Shown in pieces: positions 18,699 to 27,907 of a stretch of DNA of 64,000 bases. Origin of the DNA: a virus; the IMG/VR virus record IMGVR_UViG_3300027970_000006. One strand, written 5' to 3'. The notes under the pieces are model-generated. The model had not been told where the DNA came from and ran no database searches. It saw only the letters and a program-made list of their open reading frames with translations. Position 1 is the first letter of the stretch, and each line of letters starts with the position of its first letter. The position numbers were made by a program, and so were the translations under genes.

Positions 18699-21530
18699 AT
18701 GGCTACTACTAAAATAGTTTTAGACTTACAATCGGACTTGGTATTATCAAGTCCATCAATCACAACCCCAATTGGTATCGTTGCTGGTGACATCGCTTAT
18801 GGTTCATCAAACGTTAATGCTGAGTTAGGAACGTTGTCTTCAAACATCGCTCAAGAAGTTGTTGATCGTGCTACTGCGGTTACTTCTGAAGCAACAGCAA
18901 GAGTTTCAGGTGATAATTCAGTTGCATCTAATTTATCTTCTGAAGTTGTTAACAGAACAAACGCGGTTTCTTCTGAAGCTTCTACAAGATTGGCTGCTGA
19001 CAATTCATTGGCTACTTTAATCTCTGTTGAAATTTCAACTGAGCACGCTCATCACTCAACTGCCGAAGCATCAATCGATTCAAGAATTTCAACTGAAGAA
19101 GACGCTAGATTAAACAAAGATAACTCTTTGGCTACGTCAATTTCAAATGAAGTATCTGACAGAACTGCTGCCGTTTCTTCTGAAGTTGTTGCAAGAACCG
19201 CTGCTGATAATTCATTGGCTTTAGATTTAGCTTCTGAAATCACTAACAGAATTTCTGATGTTAACGCTGAAGAAACAAGAGCTATGGCTGCTGAGTTATC
19301 ATTGAAAACTGATTTGACAGCTGAAGGTTCAAGAGCAATGTCTTCAGAGGTTTCTATCGCTAACGATTTAGCCGCTGAAACTACTGCAAGAATTGCTGAC
19401 GTTGATGCTGAAGAATCAAGAGCTATCGCCGCTGAAGGTTCATTAGCTGCTGATTTAGCTTCTGAAGAATCTGCTCGTATGGCAGCTGACGCTTCATTAA
19501 ACACCAAAATTGAATTCGTTATTTCGAATACTGATGCGGCTGCATTAGATTCATTAACAGAAATCGTTGGTGCGTTCCAATCGGCTGATGGTGACATCAA
19601 CAACGCTATCACTACATTAGCAACAAATTCATCAATTGCAGTATCAACTGAAACTTCAAGAGCAACTGCTGCCGAAGGTTCTATCGCTGCTGATTTATCT
19701 TCTGAAATCGTAAACAGAGGTTTAGATGTTGATGCTGAAGAAGCAAGAGCACAATCTGTTGAGGCAGACTTATCTGAAGAAATTTCTTTAGAAGTTGCTA
19801 ATAGATTAGCCGAGGTTTCAACTGAAAAAGCTAGAGCAATGGCTGCGGAAGGATCTATTGCAACTGACTTGGTAACTGAAACAACTAACAGAACAAATGC
19901 TGATGCTTCATTGGCTACTTTGATCTCAACTGAAATTTCTACAGAACACGCTCACCACGTATCTGCTGAGAATTCATTAACAACAAGAGTTTCATCTGAA
20001 GAGTCAAGAGCTACTGCAGCTGAAGGATCATTAGATACTAAAGTTTCTGTTGAAACTTCAAGAGCTACCGCTGCTGAAGCGTCTATCGCATCTAACTTGT
20101 CTACTGAAATCGTTAACAGAACTGCTGATGTTGATGCTGAAGAATCAAGAGCTATGGCCGCTGAGTTAGTATTAACTAACAATTTATCAACTGAAGTATC
20201 TAACAGAATAGCTGACGTTGATGCTGAAGAATCAAGAGCTATGGCTGCTGAGTTAGTATTAACTAACAATTTATCAACTGAAATCGTTAACAGAATTGCT
20301 GACGTTGATGCTGAAGAATCAAGAGCTAAGTCTGCTGAGTTAGTATTGACTAACGCAATCAATGCTGAAGAAACTGCTCGTGAAAATGCTGATAACGCAC
20401 TATCTCAAGAAATCTCTGAGTGTTGCTCAATCCACACATCTGTTGATGTTGTTTTATCAGGTGAAATCATTAGAGGATTTGGTTCAATCGAAACTACGGT
20501 TTCTACTAAAGAATCTATGGCTATCGTAAGAGAAGATAGTATTGATTCTAAATTGTCTTCTGCAATTTCTTCTGAAGCATCTTCAAGAGTATCTAAAGAT
20601 GGTTCATTAGAGTCTGTAATTTCAGAAGCTAAAACTTCTATCAACAACTCAATTTCTTCTGAAGCTTCTTCAAGAGTATCTGGTGATCTTTCATTAGAAA
20701 ACGCAATTGCAAGAGAAGAAGGAAGAATTGACGCAATCCTTGATGGTTCAACAGTTGATTTAGATCAATTTGCTGAAATCGTTTCTTTTGTTAATGGAAT
20801 TGACTTAGAAAATGATAACGCATTGTTAGCTGCTGTAACTTCAATCGGTACTGCAATTGGTAATGAAGAGTCTTCAAGAGTATCTAAAGATAATTCATTA
20901 GAATCTGTAATCGCAACAAACAGAACTGACGCTAACACAGCAATGTCTACTGAAGTTTCTAACAGAGTTTCTGCGGATAATTCATTGTTTGTTCAATTGA
21001 ATGACAAAATCAACAACGAAATCTCTGATAGAACTGCTGACGTTGATGCTGAACAAGCAAGAGCTGAAGGTGCTGAAGGGATGTTGAATACGAAAATCAA
21101 CACTGAAATCTCTAACCGAGTAGATGCTGACTCTTCATTAGCTACATTGATTAACAATGAAGTAACAAGAGCTCAAGGTGCTGAAGGTTCATTAGAGGCT
21201 GCATTGTCTTCTGAAGTTGCTAACTTGTTATCAAATACAGACTTAACTGCAATTGATTCATTCTCTGAAGTAGTAACTGAATTAGACGCTGTTAAAGGTA
21301 TAATCAACAACACTTACTTCAAGAAAGTAGCAGTTTCTGGTTTAGTTAATGGAACTAACAAAAACTTCACCCTTGCATCTGAAGTAAGATCTAATTCTGA
21401 AACAATCTACTACAACGGATTGTTACAAGAAGAAGGTGTTGACTACACAATCTCAGGTGGTACTAACATCCAGTTTACTTATACTCCTAAAATGGGTGGT
21501 AAAGTAACTGCTTACGGTGTTTACGCTTAA
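18699..21530 (+). CDS. Long Ala/Ser/Glu-rich coiled-coil fibre protein
   Basis: Repeating E-x-x-R-A-x-A-A-E/D units, three LDSL/LDQF/IDSF-x-E-I/V neck motifs, C-terminal beta domain shared with 17378..18163. Confidence 0.75.
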   Translation: MATTKIVLDLQSDLVLSSPSITTPIGIVAGDIAYGSSNVNAELGTLSSNIAQEVVDRATAVTSEATARVSGDNSVASNLSSEVVNRTNAVSSEASTRLAADNSLATLISVEISTEHAHHSTAEASIDSRISTEEDARLNKDNSLATSISNEVSDRTAAVSSEVVARTAADNSLALDLASEITNRISDVNAEETRAMAAELSLKTDLTAEGSRAMSSEVSIANDLAAETTARIADVDAEESRAIAAEGSLAADLASEESARMAADASLNTKIEFVISNTDAAALDSLTEIVGAFQSADGDINNAITTLATNSSIAVSTETSRATAAEGSIAADLSSEIVNRGLDVDAEEARAQSVEADLSEEISLEVANRLAEVSTEKARAMAAEGSIATDLVTETTNRTNADASLATLISTEISTEHAHHVSAENSLTTRVSSEESRATAAEGSLDTKVSVETSRATAAEASIASNLSTEIVNRTADVDAEESRAMAAELVLTNNLSTEVSNRIADVDAEESRAMAAELVLTNNLSTEIVNRIADVDAEESRAKSAELVLTNAINAEETARENADNALSQEISECCSIHTSVDVVLSGEIIRGFGSIETTVSTKESMAIVREDSIDSKLSSAISSEASSRVSKDGSLESVISEAKTSINNSISSEASSRVSGDLSLENAIAREEGRIDAILDGSTVDLDQFAEIVSFVNGIDLENDNALLAAVTSIGTAIGNEESSRVSKDNSLESVIATNRTDANTAMSTEVSNRVSADNSLFVQLNDKINNEISDRTADVDAEQARAEGAEGMLNTKINTEISNRVDADSSLATLINNEVTRAQGAEGSLEAALSSEVANLLSNTDLTAIDSFSEVVTELDAVKGIINNTYFKKVAVSGLVNGTNKNFTLASEVRSNSETIYYNGLLQEEGVDYTISGGTNIQFTYTPKMGGKVTAYGVYA
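20100..20355 (+). repeat. Three near-identical 87-bp tandem units (29 aa)
   Basis: GTTGATGCTGAAGAATCAAGAGCT at 20130, 20217 and 20304. Confidence 0.9.
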
Positions 21531-21551
21531 TCTTTGGTTTTAACCAAAAAG

Positions 21552-21580
21552 AAAAGGGGTTCTTCGGAACCCCTTTTTTT
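21552..21580. terminator. Bidirectional Rho-independent terminator with cUUCGg loop
   Basis: AAAAGGGGTTC-TTCG-GAACCCCTTTTTTT between convergent genes. Confidence 0.9.
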
Positions 21581-21597
21581 ATATATAATAAATTATA

Positions 21598-22800
21598 TTA
21601 AAGATTATCGTATCTATTTGTGTTTGGATTATAAACCAAATCTTTATTTCCACCATTAAAAAGATTATAAATCAATTTGTCATAAGTTTCAATAAGTTCT
21701 TGATTATCTGCGTGATACCTTTGTAAAACCAAATCATTTTTTTTGTGATATTCCGTAATATTTTTATCGTGTTCGGTTAAAATATAATTCAACATTTTGG
21801 CACCTTCTTTTGTGTCACTATTTTCATAATAATAACCAAGATCTTTACAAAGTGGTGCGTTATGTAAAACAGGATACCCCAAATAAGCAGCATCCAAATA
21901 CAAATAATTTAAAGGGTTTAATATTTGGTGACAAATTAAAACGTCAAAATATTGGGTTAAAACAAATGATGTTTGATATCTTGATTCTGCGGTGATTTTT
22001 TTATCTTCATACAGATCAAAAGTTTTGATTATGGATAAAAACTCATAATTTTCTTTAAGTTTTTCGCCATTTGTAATCATAAGTTTATCAATTTTATTTT
22101 TTCCTGTTTCAGTCCTATAAGATTCTTCAGCAATCATTGTTGGGATTATAGAATATTTAACAACATTGATATTTGGTTCCATAATTCCTAGTACCTTTTT
22201 TTCTTTGTCGGGGTTATATTTATAACCTTTTTTATAACGACCATCTTTAAAACCACTTTCAATTCCAATCACCGCTTCAAGTAAGAATTTATTATGCCAA
22301 ATGAAAGGAACAATGAATGAATTTGTTCTATATAGTGTTGAGAAAAATCCGTTATTTGTATCGTGTTGTTGTGGAATATACCATAGTTCATCAAATGTCG
22401 TTTCATATTCAAAATATCTTTTTTTGTTTTCTTTAAACAAAACATTTTCCATGTGAATTACATAATTGTTTCCGCATTTGTAACCGATAAATCTTTTATT
22501 TTTATCTTCTTTAAACTTCTTAATATCTTCTTCGTAAACTTGGGCTCCCATCATTACAATAAGATCCATTTCCATAAACTTATCTTTAAAGTTATAGATA
22601 TTGATATCTTTAAGATATGAAGGTCTTTTTTCAGAAAAATCTACATCAAATGTGTTTAATATAAAAACTTCATAATTGTTTTTGGATTGTTTTAATAAAT
22701 GAACGAACATTAGAACATTTTGTTTCATTCCGTTTGTCCATATTGATTCTGTGTTTGATTGTAAACCTAATGTAATTCCAATTTTTAAATTTTTCATCAC
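21598..22800 (-). CDS. DUF2827-like protein (probable GT-B fold glycosyltransferase)
   Basis: KIGIT...SIWTNGMKQN, CGNNY, PFIW, MEPNINVVK, HQILNPLNYLYLD, YPVLHN, GYYY motifs recalled for DUF2827. Confidence 0.7.
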   Translation of the reverse strand: MMKNLKIGITLGLQSNTESIWTNGMKQNVLMFVHLLKQSKNNYEVFILNTFDVDFSEKRPSYLKDINIYNFKDKFMEMDLIVMMGAQVYEEDIKKFKEDKNKRFIGYKCGNNYVIHMENVLFKENKKRYFEYETTFDELWYIPQQHDTNNGFFSTLYRTNSFIVPFIWHNKFLLEAVIGIESGFKDGRYKKGYKYNPDKEKKVLGIMEPNINVVKYSIIPTMIAEESYRTETGKNKIDKLMITNGEKLKENYEFLSIIKTFDLYEDKKITAESRYQTSFVLTQYFDVLICHQILNPLNYLYLDAAYLGYPVLHNAPLCKDLGYYYENSDTKEGAKMLNYILTEHDKNITEYHKKNDLVLQRYHADNQELIETYDKLIYNLFNGGNKDLVYNPNTNRYDNL

Positions 22801-23351
22801 TGTTGTTTTGTTTGGTTTATAAATTGTTTTATTATTTCGTCTTTTTGTTCTTGAGTTTCAGAATGAACCCATAACCATAAAAAAGAACCTGACACCAATT
22901 GTAATTCTTTTTTCTTTTCTTCTATTGTCTTTTGTAGTAATATAAAGCCATTTGATTCAAAATCTATTTCAATATTGATTTTTTTTGCAATTTTATAAAG
23001 TGTTAATAAATCATTTTTTTCATATGCAATTTGAGATTCTTCATACCATTTTGATCTTAACGGGTTTTTTGATTTGTCTGGATGACATTCTTTTGCGATA
23101 GCCCTAAAAATTGATTTGATTGTTTTTTGTTCTTTTTCTGAAACCTCAAATGGTTTGTCTTTTTTAATACCACAAGAGTTAGTTTCTCCTGTCACTATTG
23201 GAGATTCATAACCCATTTTTATTGCTTCTTCCATAAATAATGGTTTATGATATGTGGTGAATTCATCAACATATTCTTTTTCTAAATCTAAAAGGTTTAA
23301 CTCTTTTAAATAAAGATTTAATTTCAAGTCGTTTAACTTTTTTTTTGACAT
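22797..23351 (-). CDS. J-domain (DnaJ-like) co-chaperone
   Basis: IKSIFRAIAKECHPDK with intact HPD, followed by ..SQIAYE. Confidence 0.75.
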   Translation of the reverse strand: MSKKKLNDLKLNLYLKELNLLDLEKEYVDEFTTYHKPLFMEEAIKMGYESPIVTGETNSCGIKKDKPFEVSEKEQKTIKSIFRAIAKECHPDKSKNPLRSKWYEESQIAYEKNDLLTLYKIAKKINIEIDFESNGFILLQKTIEEKKKELQLVSGSFLWLWVHSETQEQKDEIIKQFINQTKQQ

Positions 23352-23441
23352 ATCCTATAAATAGATTAAAATGGATTTGAGTTCATATTTATATGTGTTA
23401 TTTAATTTTATTTTAACTAACAGAAATATTTATAATATAAG

Positions 23442-25034
23442 ATGCCAATTTATAACAGATTAACAGATAGATCAAAAGTTTCTGCGATCACATTGAATGA
23501 TATTATTCACGTAGTAGTTACGGGGGATACATCACAAAGTCCGCAAGGATCGTCATATTACGCACCCTTAACGTATTTACAAGCGATTTTAAGTGGATCA
23601 TCAGGTACTAACGGAACATCAGGAACTAACGGAACCAATGGTACTAGTGGATCATCAGGTACTAACGGAACATCAGGAACTAACGGAACTTCAGGAACGA
23701 ATGGTACAAGCGGAACTAATGGATCTTCGGGTACCAATGGTACAAATGGAACTTCAGGGACTAACGGCACTAGTGGTACTAGTGGTATATCAGGGGTAAA
23801 TGGTACTTCAGGTACTGATGGAACAAGCGGAACATCACCGGCAGTTCCGGGATTAAATAATGAAATATTAACTTCAGATGGTTCAGGTGGAATAGTTGCC
23901 GAAAGTAATATGACTTTTGATACTACATTACTAAACATAACTGGCCGTACTGATATCTATGATACAATAGGAACTATTCCTTCATTAAAAATATTTTCAC
24001 AACATAATTTTCCACAACACTCTTCTTTATTGATCGATTCTGAAGGAACACCAACTGGTAATACAAAATTATACGGAGCAGAAATTACTGTTTATGGTGC
24101 TTCAAGTTCAAACACAGGTATTTTAATTAGTGCAGGAGGAGATAATGACGGAAATAATACAGGTATAGACGTATCGAATAATTCCACAGGATATGGAACC
24201 TTTCCATTACAGTATGGAATAAAAGGTCTTGTTTCGGGATCTATTACCAATGGTTTTAGTAGAAAATATGGTTCTAACTTTGAAGTTATAAATCAATCCC
24301 AACGTAATATAGGTTACTCTGTCACGGTTTCAGATGCAACTATTTTTAACATAGGTTACGAAGCCTTTATTAATGGGACAACAGGAGATAGTATTGGTAT
24401 GCAAGTGCTTAACACTAACGCCGACACGAATGGTGGTGATTCTCAAACAGGCGCTTTGATTAATGTTTTAGGTGGTGGTAGTTTTCTAAGTACAAATAAA
24501 AAAGGTTTAGATGTTAGTGTTAATGGAAGCGCACAATCAAATATAGGTTTACGATCTTTTGCTAGCGGTGCGTCACAAAATTATGCAATATACACTTCAG
24601 GTGGAAGATTTTCTTTTTATCACGACCCAACTTCAGAATTAACGGGAACAACCAGTGTTGAAGGTTATGGTGATATAGTAACTTTTGGTGGTGTTGGTAG
24701 TTCGTTTAATGCTGGTGATGTTGTTTATTTAGATATTAATGGTGATTGGTTAAAAACCGATGCTACAACCGCAACAACATCAACTAGTATGTTAGCAATT
24801 GCGTTAGGTAGTAGTCCATCGGAAGGTATGTTGGTTAGAGGTTATGCGTATAATAGTAGTTGGGGGTTTACTATCGGTGTTCCTCTATATTTAAGAAGTG
24901 TCCCTGGTTCCATCACAGAAATAGCTCCTGGTGGAACAGGTGAAGTGGTTAGAATTGTTGGGTATGCCACAGGAGATGTTGGGAGTGGAAAAAAAATATA
25001 TTTTAATCCCGACAATACTTGGGTAGAATTGTAA
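23442..25034 (+). CDS. Putative fibre protein with Gly-X-Y (GTS/GTN) repeat and beta-rich C-terminus
   Basis: About 26 G-T/S-S/N triplets; Gly-rich beta-repeat middle; C-terminal AGDVVYL...GVPLYL...VRIVGYA domain typical of phage fibres. Confidence 0.7.
   Translation: MPIYNRLTDRSKVSAITLNDIIHVVVTGDTSQSPQGSSYYAPLTYLQAILSGSSGTNGTSGTNGTNGTSGSSGTNGTSGTNGTSGTNGTSGTNGSSGTNGTNGTSGTNGTSGTSGISGVNGTSGTDGTSGTSPAVPGLNNEILTSDGSGGIVAESNMTFDTTLLNITGRTDIYDTIGTIPSLKIFSQHNFPQHSSLLIDSEGTPTGNTKLYGAEITVYGASSSNTGILISAGGDNDGNNTGIDVSNNSTGYGTFPLQYGIKGLVSGSITNGFSRKYGSNFEVINQSQRNIGYSVTVSDATIFNIGYEAFINGTTGDSIGMQVLNTNADTNGGDSQTGALINVLGGGSFLSTNKKGLDVSVNGSAQSNIGLRSFASGASQNYAIYTSGGRFSFYHDPTSELTGTTSVEGYGDIVTFGGVGSSFNAGDVVYLDINGDWLKTDATTATTSTSMLAIALGSSPSEGMLVRGYAYNSSWGFTIGVPLYLRSVPGSITEIAPGGTGEVVRIVGYATGDVGSGKKIYFNPDNTWVEL
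23594..23835 (+). repeat. 9-bp-period GTS/GTN collagen-like coding repeat
   Basis: GGA/GGT ACT/ACA AAC/TCA/AGT units. Confidence 0.9.
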
Positions 25035-25038
25035 TATT

Positions 25039-25173
25039 ATGGCAACAGTATCAGGCGTTTTGGTTAGTTTAATATCTAAAATAGAATATGTAAAAGGACC
25101 AATACTTGACCCAAAATCTAAAACAATATCACCCTCATTAACTTCAAAAAACTTTTCATATATTCTGTCCTAA
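25039..25173 (+). pseudogene. Chimeric 44-aa ORF, probable 5' stub of a deleted gene
   Basis: MATVSGVLVSLISK starts 4 nt after the preceding stop, then runs into the antisense of an FkbM fragment. Confidence 0.45.
25075..25172 (-). pseudogene. Truncated FkbM methyltransferase domain beyond an in-frame TAG
   Basis: Read-through gives EIF*DRIYEKFFEVNEGDIVLDFGSSIGPFTYSILD (SAM motif I). Confidence 0.75.
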
Positions 25174-27476
25174 AATATTTCAGAAGTTATCGTTTCTTTA
25201 TACCACTCACTTTGATTACCCCAATTAAAAGAAGTTATATTATTTCTAATTTTATTTATTTCTTTTATCACCATCTCTGATGTTATTTGTTTTGAACACT
25301 CAAATTGACGATCAGTTCCTTTGTGTAAAGGACACCAATCCCAATCTCCTGCGTCTAATCTATCCCAATTAAAACATCCATGACAAACGTTTTCATTTAT
25401 TACCCTATATGTGTCTAATTTTGTTTCAGCCCATTTTTCACTAAACCCCGATATAAGAACAACGGGTAGTTTACAAGCCCAGGCTAACCAAGACAACCCT
25501 GATCCAAGACCTATAAAAAATTCACAAGTAGATAGATCATTAATTACCTCTTGTAAATTTCCACCTTTAAAAACTGAAACTCCTTTTGGGTAAAAGTTAT
25601 TCATATACCCATCACCTTCTTTTGAGTAGATCATACATTCATACCCAAGATTATTTAAGTAATCAACAACTTCTTGCCAACCATTTTTATTGTTCCAATA
25701 TTTTGCTTGTGATGTAGAATGAAAACCAATCCCAACTTTTTTCTTTTTTTCTACATTTGGTAAATTAAGATTTGGTCTTATTTCTTTATAATCTAAACCA
25801 AGAATATCGGTTGCCGTTTTTTGAAGTGGTTGTGTTTTAATATCTGTTTTATGAATATTGGAGTTTAATTCCCCGTCTTCATTATAAAACCAACCCAATC
25901 TGTATTGTGCGTAGATATTTAAAACAACTTCGCCAGGTTCAACAAAATCTATTTCGGGGTATTGATCTTTAAATAAACTATTAAGGAAAGTAGACACTAT
26001 AAGTTGACAACCGTGTTTTTTTCTAAATACCTCACAATAAGGGATCCATGCTAATGTATCACCAAGAGATTTTGACCCAAAAGAAATATAAACTCTTTTG
26101 TTTTCCAGATCTAAAACATTTTCATAAATAAGATTGTTGTTTTCTCTAACTTCAGTTTTCCATTTTGTATAATATTCTCGGTTGAGTTTAACCCAACTAT
26201 TTATTTTAATTTTGTTTTCATAAACCAAAGATTTCTCATCAAATAATTTAATATTAAACTCTCTATCCCCCTGACCCAATATTTCAAAAAACGGGTTCAC
26301 AACAAAATGTTGTTTAATAACATAATCGTTTTCAATCGGAATATTATTGTATTTTTCAATTTTTAAAACCTCATCATAAAAAGATAAAAGATCTTTTCCA
26401 AAATCTTTTTGATTTTCTATTTCATATGTTTTATCACTACTAATGAGTTTTAATAGTTGATTAGAAATGTTTAAATAATCATTAGTTTCTATTGGTGTGA
26501 TATAGTTATCAAACATTCCCATATAATGTAAAAAGTTTCTTGCAATAATCTTCATACCATAATTGATTGCTTCTCTAATTACCAACGGATTACACTCCCA
26601 AACCGAATTAAACATCATAACATCACAAGCAATCATAAATGAATCAACATCATTTCTTTCACCCCAAATTGTGACATTCTTTGGTGGATCATTCATAATC
26701 GGTTCCCAATAGGTCTTAAAGTTTTCTGCTTGGTTTCCAATAAAATGAAAATGTAAATCGGGATTACTATTTTCAAGTAATCTTGCAACTTCAATACCTT
26801 CTTTTTGATTTTTTCCTTCGGTCCATAACCCAACATTTAAGATGTGGGTTTTAGTTGGGTCTATTTTTAACTTTTCTCTTTCTGTTAATTTTTTAAGTAA
26901 CGGAACTCTGTGTTCGGTTAAAGGTATATCTAATTCTTCTAAAATGGTTTTTACTTTATTTTCATATGGATATGTATGAAGTTTCTTATATGATTTTTCA
27001 GATTTAAATGTTTCAAAATGATATGGGGTCACAAAAGAATATGCATCAGGGTGTAATTTTTTATTTTCAGGGTTATACCAAACATTATGACAGGTTTCAA
27101 TTATTTTCCAAGACCTTTTGTTATCATAAAGTTGGTTTAATAAGTTTAATGGTATTTTATTAAAACTTTCAAACCCTTCTGATATTTCTTCAACATGAAC
27201 GATGTCTATTTCATTTTGTTGTATAATTTTAATTAGATCATATTTTTTATCACTTTGAGTTGTTTCTCCTAAGGTATAAAAATGATCCATACCTAATAGA
27301 GTTATTATTTGATTTCTTTGAACTACGTATGTATCACTGAATTGTGAGTATTCAACCAAAAAGATCTCTACTTGGTCTTTGAATTTTTGAAGTGATTCAA
27401 TTCTTTTTAAGACAAATTGGGGCATTCCTCCTGTGGATAAATGTGGTACAAGGTATAATATTTTAATGATATCCAT
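25170..27476 (-). CDS. GT4-like domain fused to an Aah/TibC-type (BAHT) protein O-heptosyltransferase domain
   Basis: N-terminal PHLSTGGMP...NVG...KNQ...ECNPLVIREA; C-terminal SLGDTLAW, KYWNN, FIGLGSGLSWLAWA, ISGFS, CHGC...WCP.H...FECSK iron-finger cysteines. Confidence 0.85.
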   Translation of the reverse strand: MDIIKILYLVPHLSTGGMPQFVLKRIESLQKFKDQVEIFLVEYSQFSDTYVVQRNQIITLLGMDHFYTLGETTQSDKKYDLIKIIQQNEIDIVHVEEISEGFESFNKIPLNLLNQLYDNKRSWKIIETCHNVWYNPENKKLHPDAYSFVTPYHFETFKSEKSYKKLHTYPYENKVKTILEELDIPLTEHRVPLLKKLTEREKLKIDPTKTHILNVGLWTEGKNQKEGIEVARLLENSNPDLHFHFIGNQAENFKTYWEPIMNDPPKNVTIWGERNDVDSFMIACDVMMFNSVWECNPLVIREAINYGMKIIARNFLHYMGMFDNYITPIETNDYLNISNQLLKLISSDKTYEIENQKDFGKDLLSFYDEVLKIEKYNNIPIENDYVIKQHFVVNPFFEILGQGDREFNIKLFDEKSLVYENKIKINSWVKLNREYYTKWKTEVRENNNLIYENVLDLENKRVYISFGSKSLGDTLAWIPYCEVFRKKHGCQLIVSTFLNSLFKDQYPEIDFVEPGEVVLNIYAQYRLGWFYNEDGELNSNIHKTDIKTQPLQKTATDILGLDYKEIRPNLNLPNVEKKKKVGIGFHSTSQAKYWNNKNGWQEVVDYLNNLGYECMIYSKEGDGYMNNFYPKGVSVFKGGNLQEVINDLSTCEFFIGLGSGLSWLAWACKLPVVLISGFSEKWAETKLDTYRVINENVCHGCFNWDRLDAGDWDWCPLHKGTDRQFECSKQITSEMVIKEINKIRNNITSFNWGNQSEWYKETITSEIF

Positions 27477-27591
27477 ACCATAAAAATAATTTATACATTT
27501 TAATTGTGAAGTTCACCTAAAAGTTTTAGAAGTCGTAAATTAAGATATTTATTTAATGGACTTTGTTTATTAAAAATTGTCCTTTTTATTT

Positions 27592-27894
27592 ATGTCTAAT
27601 ATAATTCAAATAACCTCAATATCGGGAACCCCTCCTTATGATATATATGTTTGTGATCAAACAATCACATATTGTTATTTGGTGTCAGGATCTACGTTTA
27701 TTATACCACCTTTAACTTTTAGTGTTCCACCACCATTAGATACGTCAACACCAATTATATTAAAGATTATTGACTCTTTGGGTTGTGAAAAAATATTTCT
27801 TCTTACTTGTGGTGAAATTTATGGAAAATTATTTGAAGGATTTGAGGTGTTCTTGTTTCAAGATGCTGCGATTTATTTGTTTGAAGGTCCTTAA
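27592..27894 (+). CDS. Small putative structural protein (likely start MSNIIQ)
   Basis: ISGTPPYDIYVCD...KIIDSLGC; TATTTAT at 27546. Confidence 0.6.
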   Translation: MSNIIQITSISGTPPYDIYVCDQTITYCYLVSGSTFIIPPLTFSVPPPLDTSTPIILKIIDSLGCEKIFLLTCGEIYGKLFEGFEVFLFQDAAIYLFEGP

Positions 27895-27907
27895 CAATTT
27901 AAAAATT

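Noticed and set aside
18575-18793. 72-aa minus-strand ORF over the fibre leader
   Set aside because: Antisense to the fibre start and has no recognisable features; a structured leader explains the region better.
20100-20355. CRISPR-like array in the 87-bp or 30-bp repeats
   Set aside because: In-frame coding tandem repeats with no unique spacers and no cas genes.
19052-20647. Antisense ORFs within the fibre gene (similarly 23558-23938)
   Set aside because: Shadows of biased codon use in repetitive genes.
25170-25172. TAG stop-codon reassignment (genetic code 15) suggested by the in-frame TAG
   Set aside because: Long genes elsewhere are uninterrupted in the standard code, and TAG ends genes cleanly (5629, 7880, 15842, 53933, 59405); the downstream domain is truncated anyway.
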